Assembly (NCBI GenBank): GCA_964016885.1 | Contig: OZ024741.1 | Coordinates: 199,950,001 to 200,014,000, forward strand | Direction: 5' to 3' | From: Eledone cirrhosa | Taxonomy: Eukaryota | DNA length: 64,000 bases | Shown: piece after piece, positions 39,063 through 52,717 of the stretch | How positions within the stretch are numbered: position 1 is the first letter of the stretch | Layout: each line of letters opens with the position of its first letter | Notes under the pieces: generated by a model | The model's database searches: none | Seen by the model: the letters and a program-made list of their open reading frames with translations, nothing else | What the model was told of the DNA's origin: nothing | Translations under genes and position numbers: made by a program

Positions 39063-40080
39063 CACCAACACCTTATTTCTGTTTATACCTTTTTTTGCTT
39101 ACTTATATCTTATAGTTATATGCATATTTATACCCTCTTTATACACAGTTTATACTTGTTTGTTGACATATATTCATATGCATTTTTATACACTTTTTCT
39201 TTATATTATATTCATATAGTATCTTTTATTTTTTCCTTCCTTTTCTTACCTTGTATTATCTTCTCTTACCTCTTATAAATATTTACACCTCAAAACATAT
39301 TACACCCCCGTTGTATCTGACATCTCTCTACCTATATTGTTTTATTGGCATGTTATTATTACTTACTTTCTTACTTTCGTATATCCCACCTTGTAGCTAT
39401 GAATGTAAGGAGTATAGAGTACAACGCCATAAAATATTTTCCATATATGATAAATTGTATAATATCTAAGGACTAGACTCAATAATAGCCAAGGTTGAGT
39501 TAAATTCTATTTTGATTTAATTCAATGTTATTTCTCTTTCTAATGTAACCTAGATTATCTTAAGTCAACCCCAGAATTAACTTCAACATGACTTGGATTT
39601 CCCCTGACTAAATTTTCTAGTTAAGTTTGACCTTCTGCAACCTCTCTCTCATAATCTATAACGCCAAGGGGATAACAAGGAACATGTAGCTTAATGCCTA
39701 TATGCAGATCTTCGTTGGTTTGCAGGCAACGGTGGGTGTATTAGTCCATCAGTCTGGAACATCTGGCCCTTGGAGTGAAAAGCTGTTCAGACTAACTTGG
39801 CCATGACCTAGAGTATTTGGTAATTGACTAGATAATTAATCAATTTCCCCTCCATTCATTATTGACTATACTTGGTTGTATACAGCCCAGTTACGTTGGA
39901 CCTCACTTTAATACAATGGACCATGGGACAGGCTGAGACAGACCACACCAAGCTTAGCCCTAAGCAAATAAACACATATATGCACAATAATATATTTTCT
40001 AAATCAAAACCTTTGGCGGTACCTTAAAATTAACAGCCTTCTTTTAACTACTACAGTCTTCCCCTTATAATTATTATTAT

Positions 40081-40198
40081 GAGTTCAAACCCCGTTGAGG
40101 TTAACTTTGCCTTTCATCCTTACGGGGTTGATAAAATAAAGTACCAGTAATGTACTGCGATAATTACTGGCCTTGTGCCAAAAGTAGAAACAATTATT
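40081..40198 (+). mobile_element. 5'-truncated SINE (Meta-domain-like)
   Basis: gagttcaaaccc..gcctttcatccttacggggttgataaaataaagtaccag..gtagaaacaatta. Confidence 0.8.
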
Positions 40199-40760
40199 AC
40201 TATTTTACTTATATTCTATTTATTCCCTCTCTTATTTTTGGCCAGATGATATCTTCATAGTTTTATATATATGCACACCTTTAACTATAGTCACTGCTGA
40301 ATGACCTGTCTGATAGGTCACCAATAGACTAGAGTCTTCTGTGTCGCACCTACCCTTCTTTAGAACATCTAGGTTGTCTTTACAAAATACAACAGTCATT
40401 TTACAGACAGTCCCCAAGTCAAATTTTTCATTTTTTACTTTTCAATTTTTCAACTTGCTATTCTCTTTTCTCTATCTTCTATAAGTATGTGTTCTACGTA
40501 ATCCTGTTTTATAATTCTGTCAAAGTTACTTAATGAGACCGTCCTGTCTTGCATCATAATTGGATGAAATATGTATAGTGATTTCATGGAATCAAAATTT
40601 ACATCCTGTTGTTGTTTTAAATACTTTACTCCATTTCGTGTGCCAAACACTGGCCACCACTTCTACGATTGGTGATGTCCATAACATTGAGTGCTTTATT
40701 AATTTGTTGCATCATGATTTGTCTACCAGAACCACCAGTTCTACACAACAACACAATATA

Positions 40761-40838
40761 ATTATTCCATTACTAAAGGTTTCAAGAAACTAGACAATCC
40801 TTATAGAAGTGACCAAGCTGTTCATCAGATAAAATAAT
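40761..40838 (-). ncRNA. Diverged type I hammerhead ribozyme, homologue of 53260-53337
   Basis: attattttat CTGATGA [38 nt] GAAA cctttag TA atggaataat; 10-bp stem I; same length (78 nt) and same flank (attatattgt) as the 53260 motif. Confidence 0.6.
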
Positions 40839-40879
40839 CATATTTTGGATATAAATTTTTAAATTGATATCTATTAAAA

Positions 40880-41525
40880 TAAGATGTGTAATAGTAATGT
40901 GTGCGAACGGCGAAGCATAAACGAATTGAGAGAGTGACTAAGCATAAGAGGTATCAAATTTTGTGTTTTGGAGAGAAGATTGCGTTGGTATGGACATGAT
41001 GTGTATGAAGGATGACAGCTGTATAAAAAAGTGCAGGGCAATGAAAGTTGATGAAAGCTACAGAGTATGTAAACCCAGAAAGAGCTGGGACAAGGTGATG
41101 AAAGCTGACCTTACTCACACCTCTCTAAGACAATGACACTGGATCGAGATCTTTGGCGCCATGCAGTTGTACAGAAGACCTGACTGCCATTGCATACAGA
41201 CCTACAGTCAGTAGGCACCTCTTAACCTAATGTACTCTCCACCTCACACACCCTACCCCATCGTCCCTTTTCCGTTTGTCTGCTGTGTCGATGACACAAC
41301 AGTCCACACTGTAAAGTGGTCGTGTAGGAGACACGGTAAAAGGGATCCCAGTCCACACTGTAAAAGTGGTTGGTATTAGGAAGGACATCCAGCTGTAAAA
41401 GACCTGCCAGAGACACTTCCGTACGAGCGAGACACGGTCTCCTGACCATTCCTGCATCAAATGGAACAAAACCGCCTAACCCATGCTAGCGGGGAAGATA
41501 GACGTTAAACGATGATGATGATGAT
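40880..41525 (+). mobile_element. 3' fragment of an RTEX-like LINE with (GAT)n tail
   Basis: RRLRWYGH.. homology, family 3' UTR, gatgatgat at 41511-41525. Confidence 0.85.
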
Positions 41526-41821
41526 TAAAAATGAAAGTGAGGCTGTATATAATAACATCTTATAATGGAAAAAAAATATATACATATATACAAATATACA
41601 TACTTACACACACAAAACCACATGCGCGCATCTATACGTGCATCCATATACACTCTTACATAGATATATAAGCGCATCAACCACATATATACGCTCACAC
41701 ACACACACACATATATATACACACTTATACATATACACACATAAATTGCTACACACACACACACACAAATACACACTTATACATATATATACACATATAT
41801 TGGTATATATATATATATATG

Positions 41822-41879
<58 letters not shown>

Positions 41880-41924
41880 CATACATACAATATATGCACG
41901 CGCACACACACATATATATATATG

Positions 41925-43065
41925 CTACATAATGCTGTAACCAAGGATTACCGGAAAACCGATCGGAGTGTTATTAATGACATCAATGATGGTGGGTTTA
42001 AAATCACTTCAGAATTCAACATCCAGGACCGGATCGAACCTCTGGGCCCTATTTCTCCCCACTGTACTCTGAAGGATCACAAACCCAATTTCGCTAACAA
42101 CCCTTCTATTTGGCTAATTAAACCTACAAAGTCTGATTTAGGTAGACTTAGTAAAAGAATTTTAGATAGAATTATACCTGTAATTAGAAGCTTGGGCTGT
42201 GGAATAATTCTTTCGTGGTGATTGATTGGTTCAATGGCATATGCAACAAGGAACATTGCAGTTTTATCCAATTCAACATCAACAACTACTACTCCTCCAT
42301 CACTTTACCACCTCTTCATAGAGCCATCAATTTCGCTAAAACGCTCACGGTGGTTAAGGATTTCGAAGTTGATGTCATCCTAAACGCCCGTAAGTCGGTG
42401 ATTAATTTCGACGACTCTATTTGGATAAAATAATCTAAGAGTACTCCATTCGACGTGAGTATGGGCGCCAGCAATTGGGTGGAGGTTACAGATCTTATCG
42501 GCCTTTTCCTTCTTTTCTCTATCAAGGAAGAATTCCCTAATGTAGGTGGAGGCCTGTACCGCGATGACGGTCTTTTGACCATGACCAAGTGTGGTCCCCG
42601 CGTTTGCGACAGGTTTAGAAAAGAACACAGCTTTCTTTAAAGGCTTCAACCTTTCCATACAAGTTAAGGCCAACCTTCCTGTCGTAAACTACCTCGACGT
42701 TACCCTCAATTTGTTAAATGGCTTGCATTACCCGTATAGAAAGCCGAATGATACGCTTAATTACATCAGTATGCATTCTAACCATCCTGCCAGCATAACC
42801 AAGAACCTGGTAAGAAACGATTCATTGAGACTTTCTCGTCTATCTACAAACAAGCATATTTTCACCGATCATTCCACTTAATACAATGAAGCTGTTGCTC
42901 AGAGTGGATTTGTCGATAAGGTAGAATATACTAAGTATGAGCATAAACCTAGGAAAAATAGATCCCGACTCATTAAATGGTATAATCCACCATATAATAT
43001 GGAGGTGGCCACACCATTAGCTAAAATATGTCTCTCCGTAATTAAGAAACATTTCCCCATAGCAC

Positions 43066-43070
<5 letters not shown>
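41925..43070 (+). mobile_element. Penelope-like element RT fragment (LYRDD type), decayed
   Basis: [54 protein letters not shown]; bounded by (TA)n on both sides. Confidence 0.85.
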
Positions 43071-43135
<65 letters not shown>

Positions 43136-43449
43136 GTACATACACACACACTCATATATATATATATATACATTTATACTTGGCGATATACGCATATATA
43201 CGATATATATACATACATATCTAATTTGATACATTCATATATATACAGAGCATACTTATATACACATATAACCGTACGTACAAAAATATATATTCACATA
43301 TATATAAACACATATACACACATACAAAGGTAAGTTCATACATAAAAAAATAAATATATTAGCACCCCAAAATATTCATACACATCTATAAATATGTTAA
43401 GAATATTGGCAGAGAAAATTAATTATTTATTCGCTTTAATAAAAAAAAA

Positions 43450-45360
43450 ATGATCTCTCACAAGAAGCAGACGTAGTAATTTTGTTCCTTCTGCCAGGAC
43501 ATAATTTACTTCAAGTTCCTATATTATGCCTGTGACTTCCTGGATACTTGACGCTTGCTTTGCAAAATTTGCAGCATAAACTGATTTCAGCTCACATTTC
43601 AATCCATCCAAATCGAATATGTTTAAATAGACAAGCAAGGATGAAAACGCTTCCATCGAAAATGTTTTTTCGTAAGCATGAAAAAGCTTCGGATTTAACG
43701 ACTCAACAAATTTGGACTCTCCCATTGTTTTAAATCAACGTGAACAATAACTTCATGCAAAACGTAAAAGAAAGTTCGTAAAACAGCTTCTGGTTCTTGA
43801 TATCAACGACGCTTCTCTAGTGGTTCAGCGACACCACCTAGAACCCAGCAGTAAAGATCCTTAAATTTGTTGTTCTTGATATCAACCAATTGTTTATTGA
43901 AGTTTTCAACCTCACAAAGCATTCCAATCCTCTGGATATTCTAAATTCATTGAAAATATCTAAGAAAACACAGTAATTTAGTTGAATAAAATAGATACTT
44001 GTCGATATGAATAATTCCAACGTATCTCAGGTAACTCTGGAAATCACCTTCCAATGATTTCATCCAGCAATGCTATTTGAGCCGTCGACTTTGAGAAGAA
44101 AATTGAAATTCACTTTAAAATTTGGAAGAAAATTCGACATTTACGGATACTTGAAGCTGATTGAGAGAGTATCAATTTAAGTGAATGCCCATAACAATGA
44201 ACAAACATGACGTCCACACCAAAAATATCCTTTAATCTTGCTTGCACTCATCCATCATAAGTTTGTGCGATGAAATTTTGGCCACAGTTAAATTCATTAA
44301 CACATTTTCAAGCTTCTTCTGTCACCAATGAATGCAGTTCTTCTATCTTTACTTGTATCAACGTATCCCCCAAACCTTTCTTGAGGCTTTTCCTTCACAC
44401 CAACAAATCTCAAAACACATGACTATAGATCTTCAAATGAAATCTCAATTGTCTCATTAAACATAACAGTAACAAATGATGTTTTTTTTTTGTCTTTCGT
44501 TTATTGCTTTTTTAGCAGAAAAATAATATGCCTACATGGCATAATATTAATAAGAAATGATATTTTGTTATTGTTGTTATTTGTTATAGTGAGAGACAAA
44601 GTTAGCCACAAAGTAAATGTTGGTTGAATTAGTCGTAAAGTCTTCGTTAACATTTTTACATGTTTTATTCACAACTAATTACAAAGAGTTAAGTTGAGTT
44701 GACATGTCAAAGTAAAGAACAAACAAAATTAAGAGTTAAGAAGTGAATGTGGCATTGTGCCAGGCCAAAGTGAAAATCATGATTGTGTGTTCACATTTCA
44801 GAGTCCAAAGCAGCAAGAGAGAGATTTATGAATCGCCGCGGGAATTTTTCCATCTGGGCGGAAGTCGAGACACATTCTCCTACGCTGGCGGCGATTGGAT
44901 GAACTGAGCCAAACAACGCACGGAGAATGAATCCATGAGCCCTCGGAATGTAGGTCACTACACCTTAATTTCACATTCAATTGTAGCAGCTGTATAAATA
45001 ACATTACAAATAAACATTTTATAATGTTATTTATACAAAGCTGTATAATTATTTATACAGAGATGTATAAATAACATTACAAATAAACAATTTGTAATGT
45101 TATTTATACCACTGTGAATAAAACAATCCTCGATTGTAGCAGCTATATAATTAATGATCTCGTTTTGAATATCACCTGAAAGCTCAGAAAATGTGCAGTT
45201 AGCATTTTCGTCACAAAATCTAAATGTGATCTTATCCAACCGTCGTATTCCGCTACTGCTTCACATATAGCCAGAACATTTTCCTTATTGTTTAAACCTT
45301 CTGTTTCACCGTGTTTTCAAAATGATAATTCTTGACAGACCAAACACTTCAACACAATGA
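43450..45360 (-). pseudogene. Decayed hAT-family transposase with an internal insertion
   Basis: FSELSGDIQNEII, FIAQTYDG*VQARLK..MFVHCYGHSL and DLDGLKCELKSVY motifs of ZMYM1-like hAT transposases; interrupted at ~44465-45130. Confidence 0.75.
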
Positions 45361-45414
45361 ATTAACCTTTTCAATATATCATGGTATATATATATCACCA
45401 TGTTTCTGGGTCAT

Positions 45415-45780
45415 TTGGCAGTATCGGTAGAGGGTCGGACGCCATGCTTTCCAGCATAGTTACGTCCCTTTACGATCTGAGTTCAAATCCCGCCGAGGTT
45501 AATTTTGCCTTTCATCCTTACGGGGTCGATAAAATAAAGTACCAGTAATGCACTGGGTAATTGCTGGCCTTGTGCCAAAAGTAGAAACAATTAATTAGAT
45601 TGGCAGTATTGGTAGAGGGTCGGACGCCATGCTTTGATGCATACAGTTATGGCGCTTGCCATTCTGAGTTCAAATCCAGCCGAGGTTAACTTTGCCTTTC
45701 ATCCTTACGAGGCCGATAAAATAAAGTACCAGTAATGCACTGAATATTTGCTGGCCTTGTGCCTAAAGTAGAAACAATTA
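45415..45780 (+). mobile_element. Two tandem near full-length SINEs (45415-45594, 45598-45780)
   Basis: Each has tggcagtat.ggtagagggtcggacgcc head, B-box, family core and gtagaaacaatta end. Confidence 0.9.
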
Positions 45781-46005
45781 ATTACCCTTCATCAGGATTG
45801 TATACCTCTGCCAATCTATTGAATGGTAATGACCCAGAAACATGTTGATTGTTCCTCAATGCCAGTGTTGAACAAACGAATGATCATTGGTCATCGGCAC
45901 GGCACAGCTTTTATCGGGCTGTTTGTTGTTAACAAACAAATCGAATATTATTATTAATGTTCAATATAACCCGTGCGTACATATGTATATGTGTGTGTGT
46001 GCGTG

Positions 46006-48112
<2,107 letters not shown>

Positions 48113-48702
48113 CGCTTACACCTCTCCAAGACAATGTCACTGGACCGAGACCTTTGGCGGTACTCAGTAATAGAGAAGACCCGCCTTACCTAAATACAAA
48201 GTAAAAACCTACTACAGTCAGTAGGCATCTCTATCAAAACACCCCCCCGTCCCACCACCTCCACCCCATCCACACCACCCCTTTCAATGTACAGTTATGT
48301 TGGTCCCACAACATCCAGGCCAAAACAAATGAGATCGTGTAGGTGTCACGACAAAAAAACACACAGTCCACGCTGTAAATGTGGCCGTGTAGGCAACACG
48401 GTAAAAACCTCCCAGCCCCACACTGTAAATGTGGTTGGTGTTAGGAAGGGCATCCAGCTGTAGAAAACCCGCCAGACAGTCCACGCTGTAATGTGGCCGT
48501 GTAGGCAACACGGTAAAAACCTCCCAGCCCCACACTGTAAATGTGGTTGGTGTTAGGAAGGGCATCCAACTGTAGAAAACCCGCCAGACAGTCCTATGCG
48601 AGCAAGACAACCACTCTTGCCTCAAGTGGGAAAACCCCCGTCCAAACCCATGCAAGCGTGGAACACGGACGCTAAACCTGATGATGATGATGATGATGAT
48701 GA
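48113..48702 (+). mobile_element. 3' end of an RTEX-like LINE with an internal ~110-bp tandem duplication and (GAT)n tail
   Basis: [15 protein letters not shown]..; acagtccacgctgtaa..cccgccagacagtcc occurs twice (~48363 and ~48477). Confidence 0.85.
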
Positions 48703-48718
48703 TATATTTATATATATT

Positions 48719-48749
<31 letters not shown>

Positions 48750-48817
48750 ATTTATATATATATATATTTATATATATTTATATATATATATTATATATAT
48801 TATATATTATATATATA

Positions 48818-49174
48818 TATGATATTAAATAAATGGAAACTATATTTAAAAAACCATATTTATTTCATTATATATATTTCAGGGATATCATATTAACAAT
48901 ATGTTATGCCTTCATCAGACAAAATACAATATAAACAGTCTTATAAATAAATAGATATGACATACCTTTCAATCGACTTGCATTTGGGAAGTTAAATCAA
49001 CTTCCCAAATGCAAGTCGATTGAAAGGTATGTCATATCTATTTATTTATAAGACTGTTTATATTGTATTTTGTCTGATGAAGGCATAACATATTGTTAAT
49101 ATGATATCCCTGAAATATATATAATGAAATAAATATGGTTTTATAAATATAGTTTCCATTTATTTAATATCATA
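48818..49174. repeat. Near-perfect 357-bp palindrome (176-bp arms, 5-nt loop), inverted Penelope pseudo-LTR pair
   Basis: 48818-48993 is the reverse complement of 48999-49174 with one mismatch seen; flanked by (TA)n. Confidence 0.9.
49066..49131 (+). ncRNA. Type I hammerhead ribozyme (mirror copy 48861-48926 on -)
   Basis: tattttgt CTGATGA agg-cata..tatg..-cct GAAA tatata TA atgaaata; 8-bp stem I, palindromic stem III. Confidence 0.75.
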
Positions 49175-49264
49175 AATATACTCCAAATACTTGTTGAGTG
49201 CTTTTATATCAGTTATAAATATTTACTCGTTGTTAACCCAACAATTTAAATATAACTTTCCATG

Positions 49265-50788
49265 TATTATATATATATATATATATTATACATATATATA
49301 TATATTATACATATATATATTATATATATATATATTATATATATATATATATATTATACATATATATATATTATACATATATATATATTATATATATTAT
49401 ATATATATTATACATATATATATTATATATATATTATACATATATATATTATATATATATTATACATATATATATTATATATATATTATACATATATATA
49501 TTATACATATATATATTATATATATATTATACATATATATATTATATATTATATATATTATATATTATACATATATATATATATATTATACATATATATT
49601 ATATATATATATATATCCAGCATAGTTACGTCCCTTTACGATCAGAGTTCAAATCCCGCCGAGGTTGACTTTGCCTTTCATCCTTACGGGGTCGATAAAA
49701 TAAAGTACCAGTAATGCACTGGGTAATTGTTGGCCTTGTGCCTAAAGTAGAAACAATTATATATATATATATTATATATTATACATATATATATATATAT
49801 ATTATATATTATATATATATACATTATATATTATACATATATATATATATTATATATTATACATATATATATTATATATATATTATACATATATATATAT
49901 ATTATATATTATATATATATATATTATATATTATATATATATATATTATATATTATACATATATATATATATTATATATTATACATATATATATATTATA
50001 TATATATTATATATATATTATATATTATACATATATATATATTATATATATATTATACATATATATATATTATATATTATATATATATATATTATATATA
50101 TATTATACATATCTATATATTATATATTATACATATATATATGTATAATATATATATATTATATATATATTATATATTATACATATATATATTATATATT
50201 ATACATATATATATTATATATTATACATATATATATATATATTATACATATATATATATATATTATACATATATATATTATATATATATTATACATATAT
50301 ATTTATTATACATATATATATTATATATATATTATACATATATATATTATATATATATTATACATATATATATTATATATATTATACATATATATATATA
50401 TATTATACATATATATATTATATATATATTATACATATATATATATTATATATTATACATATATATATTATAAATATATTATACATATATATATGTATAA
50501 TATATAATATATATATATCTATAATATATATATGTATAATATATATAATATATATATGTATAATATATAATATATATATATTATATATATATTAAACATA
50601 TATATATATTATATATTATACATATATATATTATACATATATATATTATATATATATTATACATATATATATTATATATATATTATACATACATATATAT
50701 ATATATATATTATACATATATATATTATATATATATTATACATATATTATATATATTATATATATATTATACATATATTATATATATT

Positions 50789-50832
<44 letters not shown>

Positions 50833-50973
50833 CATATATATATATATATTATATATATATATATATATATTATACATATATATATTATATATATATTATA
50901 CATATATTATATATATATTATACATATATATATATTATATATTATACATATATTATTTATATATATATTATAT
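49265..50973. repeat. (TA)n / TATTATACA low-complexity tract with a SINE fragment at 49616-49760
   Basis: Direct reading. Confidence 0.95.
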
Positions 50974-52674
50974 AATTTAATGTATAAAAATCAATACAAT
51001 ATAATTACCTCATTACCAGAGGTTTCCCGAATGAGGCGAATACGAAAGAAACGTCTTCATTCGTTCGTCAGACGAGGCAATATAAAACATGGGTAAATAC
51101 TTGGAAAGTCTCGTCAAGAAAATCAAAAAAAAGATATAGACAAATGAATTAGAATATCAAATATATAATAATCTTTCAAGAAATATAGTTAGGTGTGTGT
51201 ATATGTATGTATATACGCTCACAGATGTGCATATATGTGTATGCACATATGTATACGTATAGTGAAAAAGTGTGCGTAAATGTATAATTTAGGGCAAATG
51301 TATATGTATGTCTGTAATACACAGACAGAATAGATACATCATAAGAATATGAAGGCGCGCGCATAAACACACCTACACACACATACACTTAGATGCGGAA
51401 GTAAAAGAGGTAAGGGAGTGTAATAATTAAAAATAAACATTTCCCTAGAAGACATAGATACTATAAGATCTTTAACAGAAACAGTGTCAAAATTAGCTAT
51501 TCCTGCGGTCCCCCTATTAAGTCCTATATCCTCAACAAAATATCACCTAGAGAAAATCAAACTTGCTCCTGTAGAATCAAAAGTGAATGCCCATTACAAA
51601 GTAAATGCAACACCAAAGCCATTGTATATGCGGCTAAAGTGACAACCATCAGCAACAACCATCCAGCCACCAGTGAACGATATGTGGGTATGACGCAAGA
51701 CAAATTCAAAACGCGTTATTACTCACATGTCGCATCCTTTCGACATCCAGAAAAAAGATTTACAACAGCTCTGGCTAGCAGAATTTGGGATTTGAAAGAC
51801 CAAGGCATCCAATATAAATTAGATTGGTCAATTTTGAACCAATCTAAAGAATATGCTAGAGGAACAAGAAAATGCACGCTCTGCATAAATGAAAAATATT
51901 GGATATTGCAAAATCTAAAATCACCAAAGACCTGCCTGAACACAAAGACGGAAATTTTCACCAGTTGCCCACACATGAAATCACACCTGCTTTCCAGCTC
52001 ATATAAACTTAACACACTTTCAGATACTTATCCTCCATAAACTCTTATTATTCTCTTTTTAATTACCCTTTCTGACTTACTTTCATTTTTATCCTTGTCA
52101 TTAATTTCATTTATTTTTATTTTTATATTTATTTTTTATTTTTTATTTTTACCTCACATCCAACAATAACCCCCCCCCCTTTATTCTCCGATTTACTTAC
52201 CTAATATTTTCACTTTCCATTTTTTACTTCCCTTTTTTTACTTCCCTTTTTCCTTAACTAACTGATTACACAGGTCATTTGTGTTTTCCAATCCAGATAT
52301 ATTTTTCATTTTTATTTTTTTATTTTTGCGCAGCCAATCTTACAATTTTATATTTGTACTTACTTATCCACAAGTTTTTTACACCCTGTATCAATATGGC
52401 TGAACGCCTTAATGTGTGTATACTTTCTATATATGTACATGAGCGACTACGTATGTGCGCGCGCGTGCGTGTATGTATATATATATATATGTGTATATAT
52501 ATGTATATATATATATATGTATGTGTATGTATATATGTATGTGTATGTGTCTTTATATCCGTGTTTTGACATCTAGGTTTTATGTTTTGTTCCTTTTTTC
52601 TTCTCCCCCCCCCCCTTTTTTTACTTACTCATTTTTATGCGTGTGCATGCAAACAGGTCAATATGCGTGAGTGT

Positions 52675-52717
<43 letters not shown>

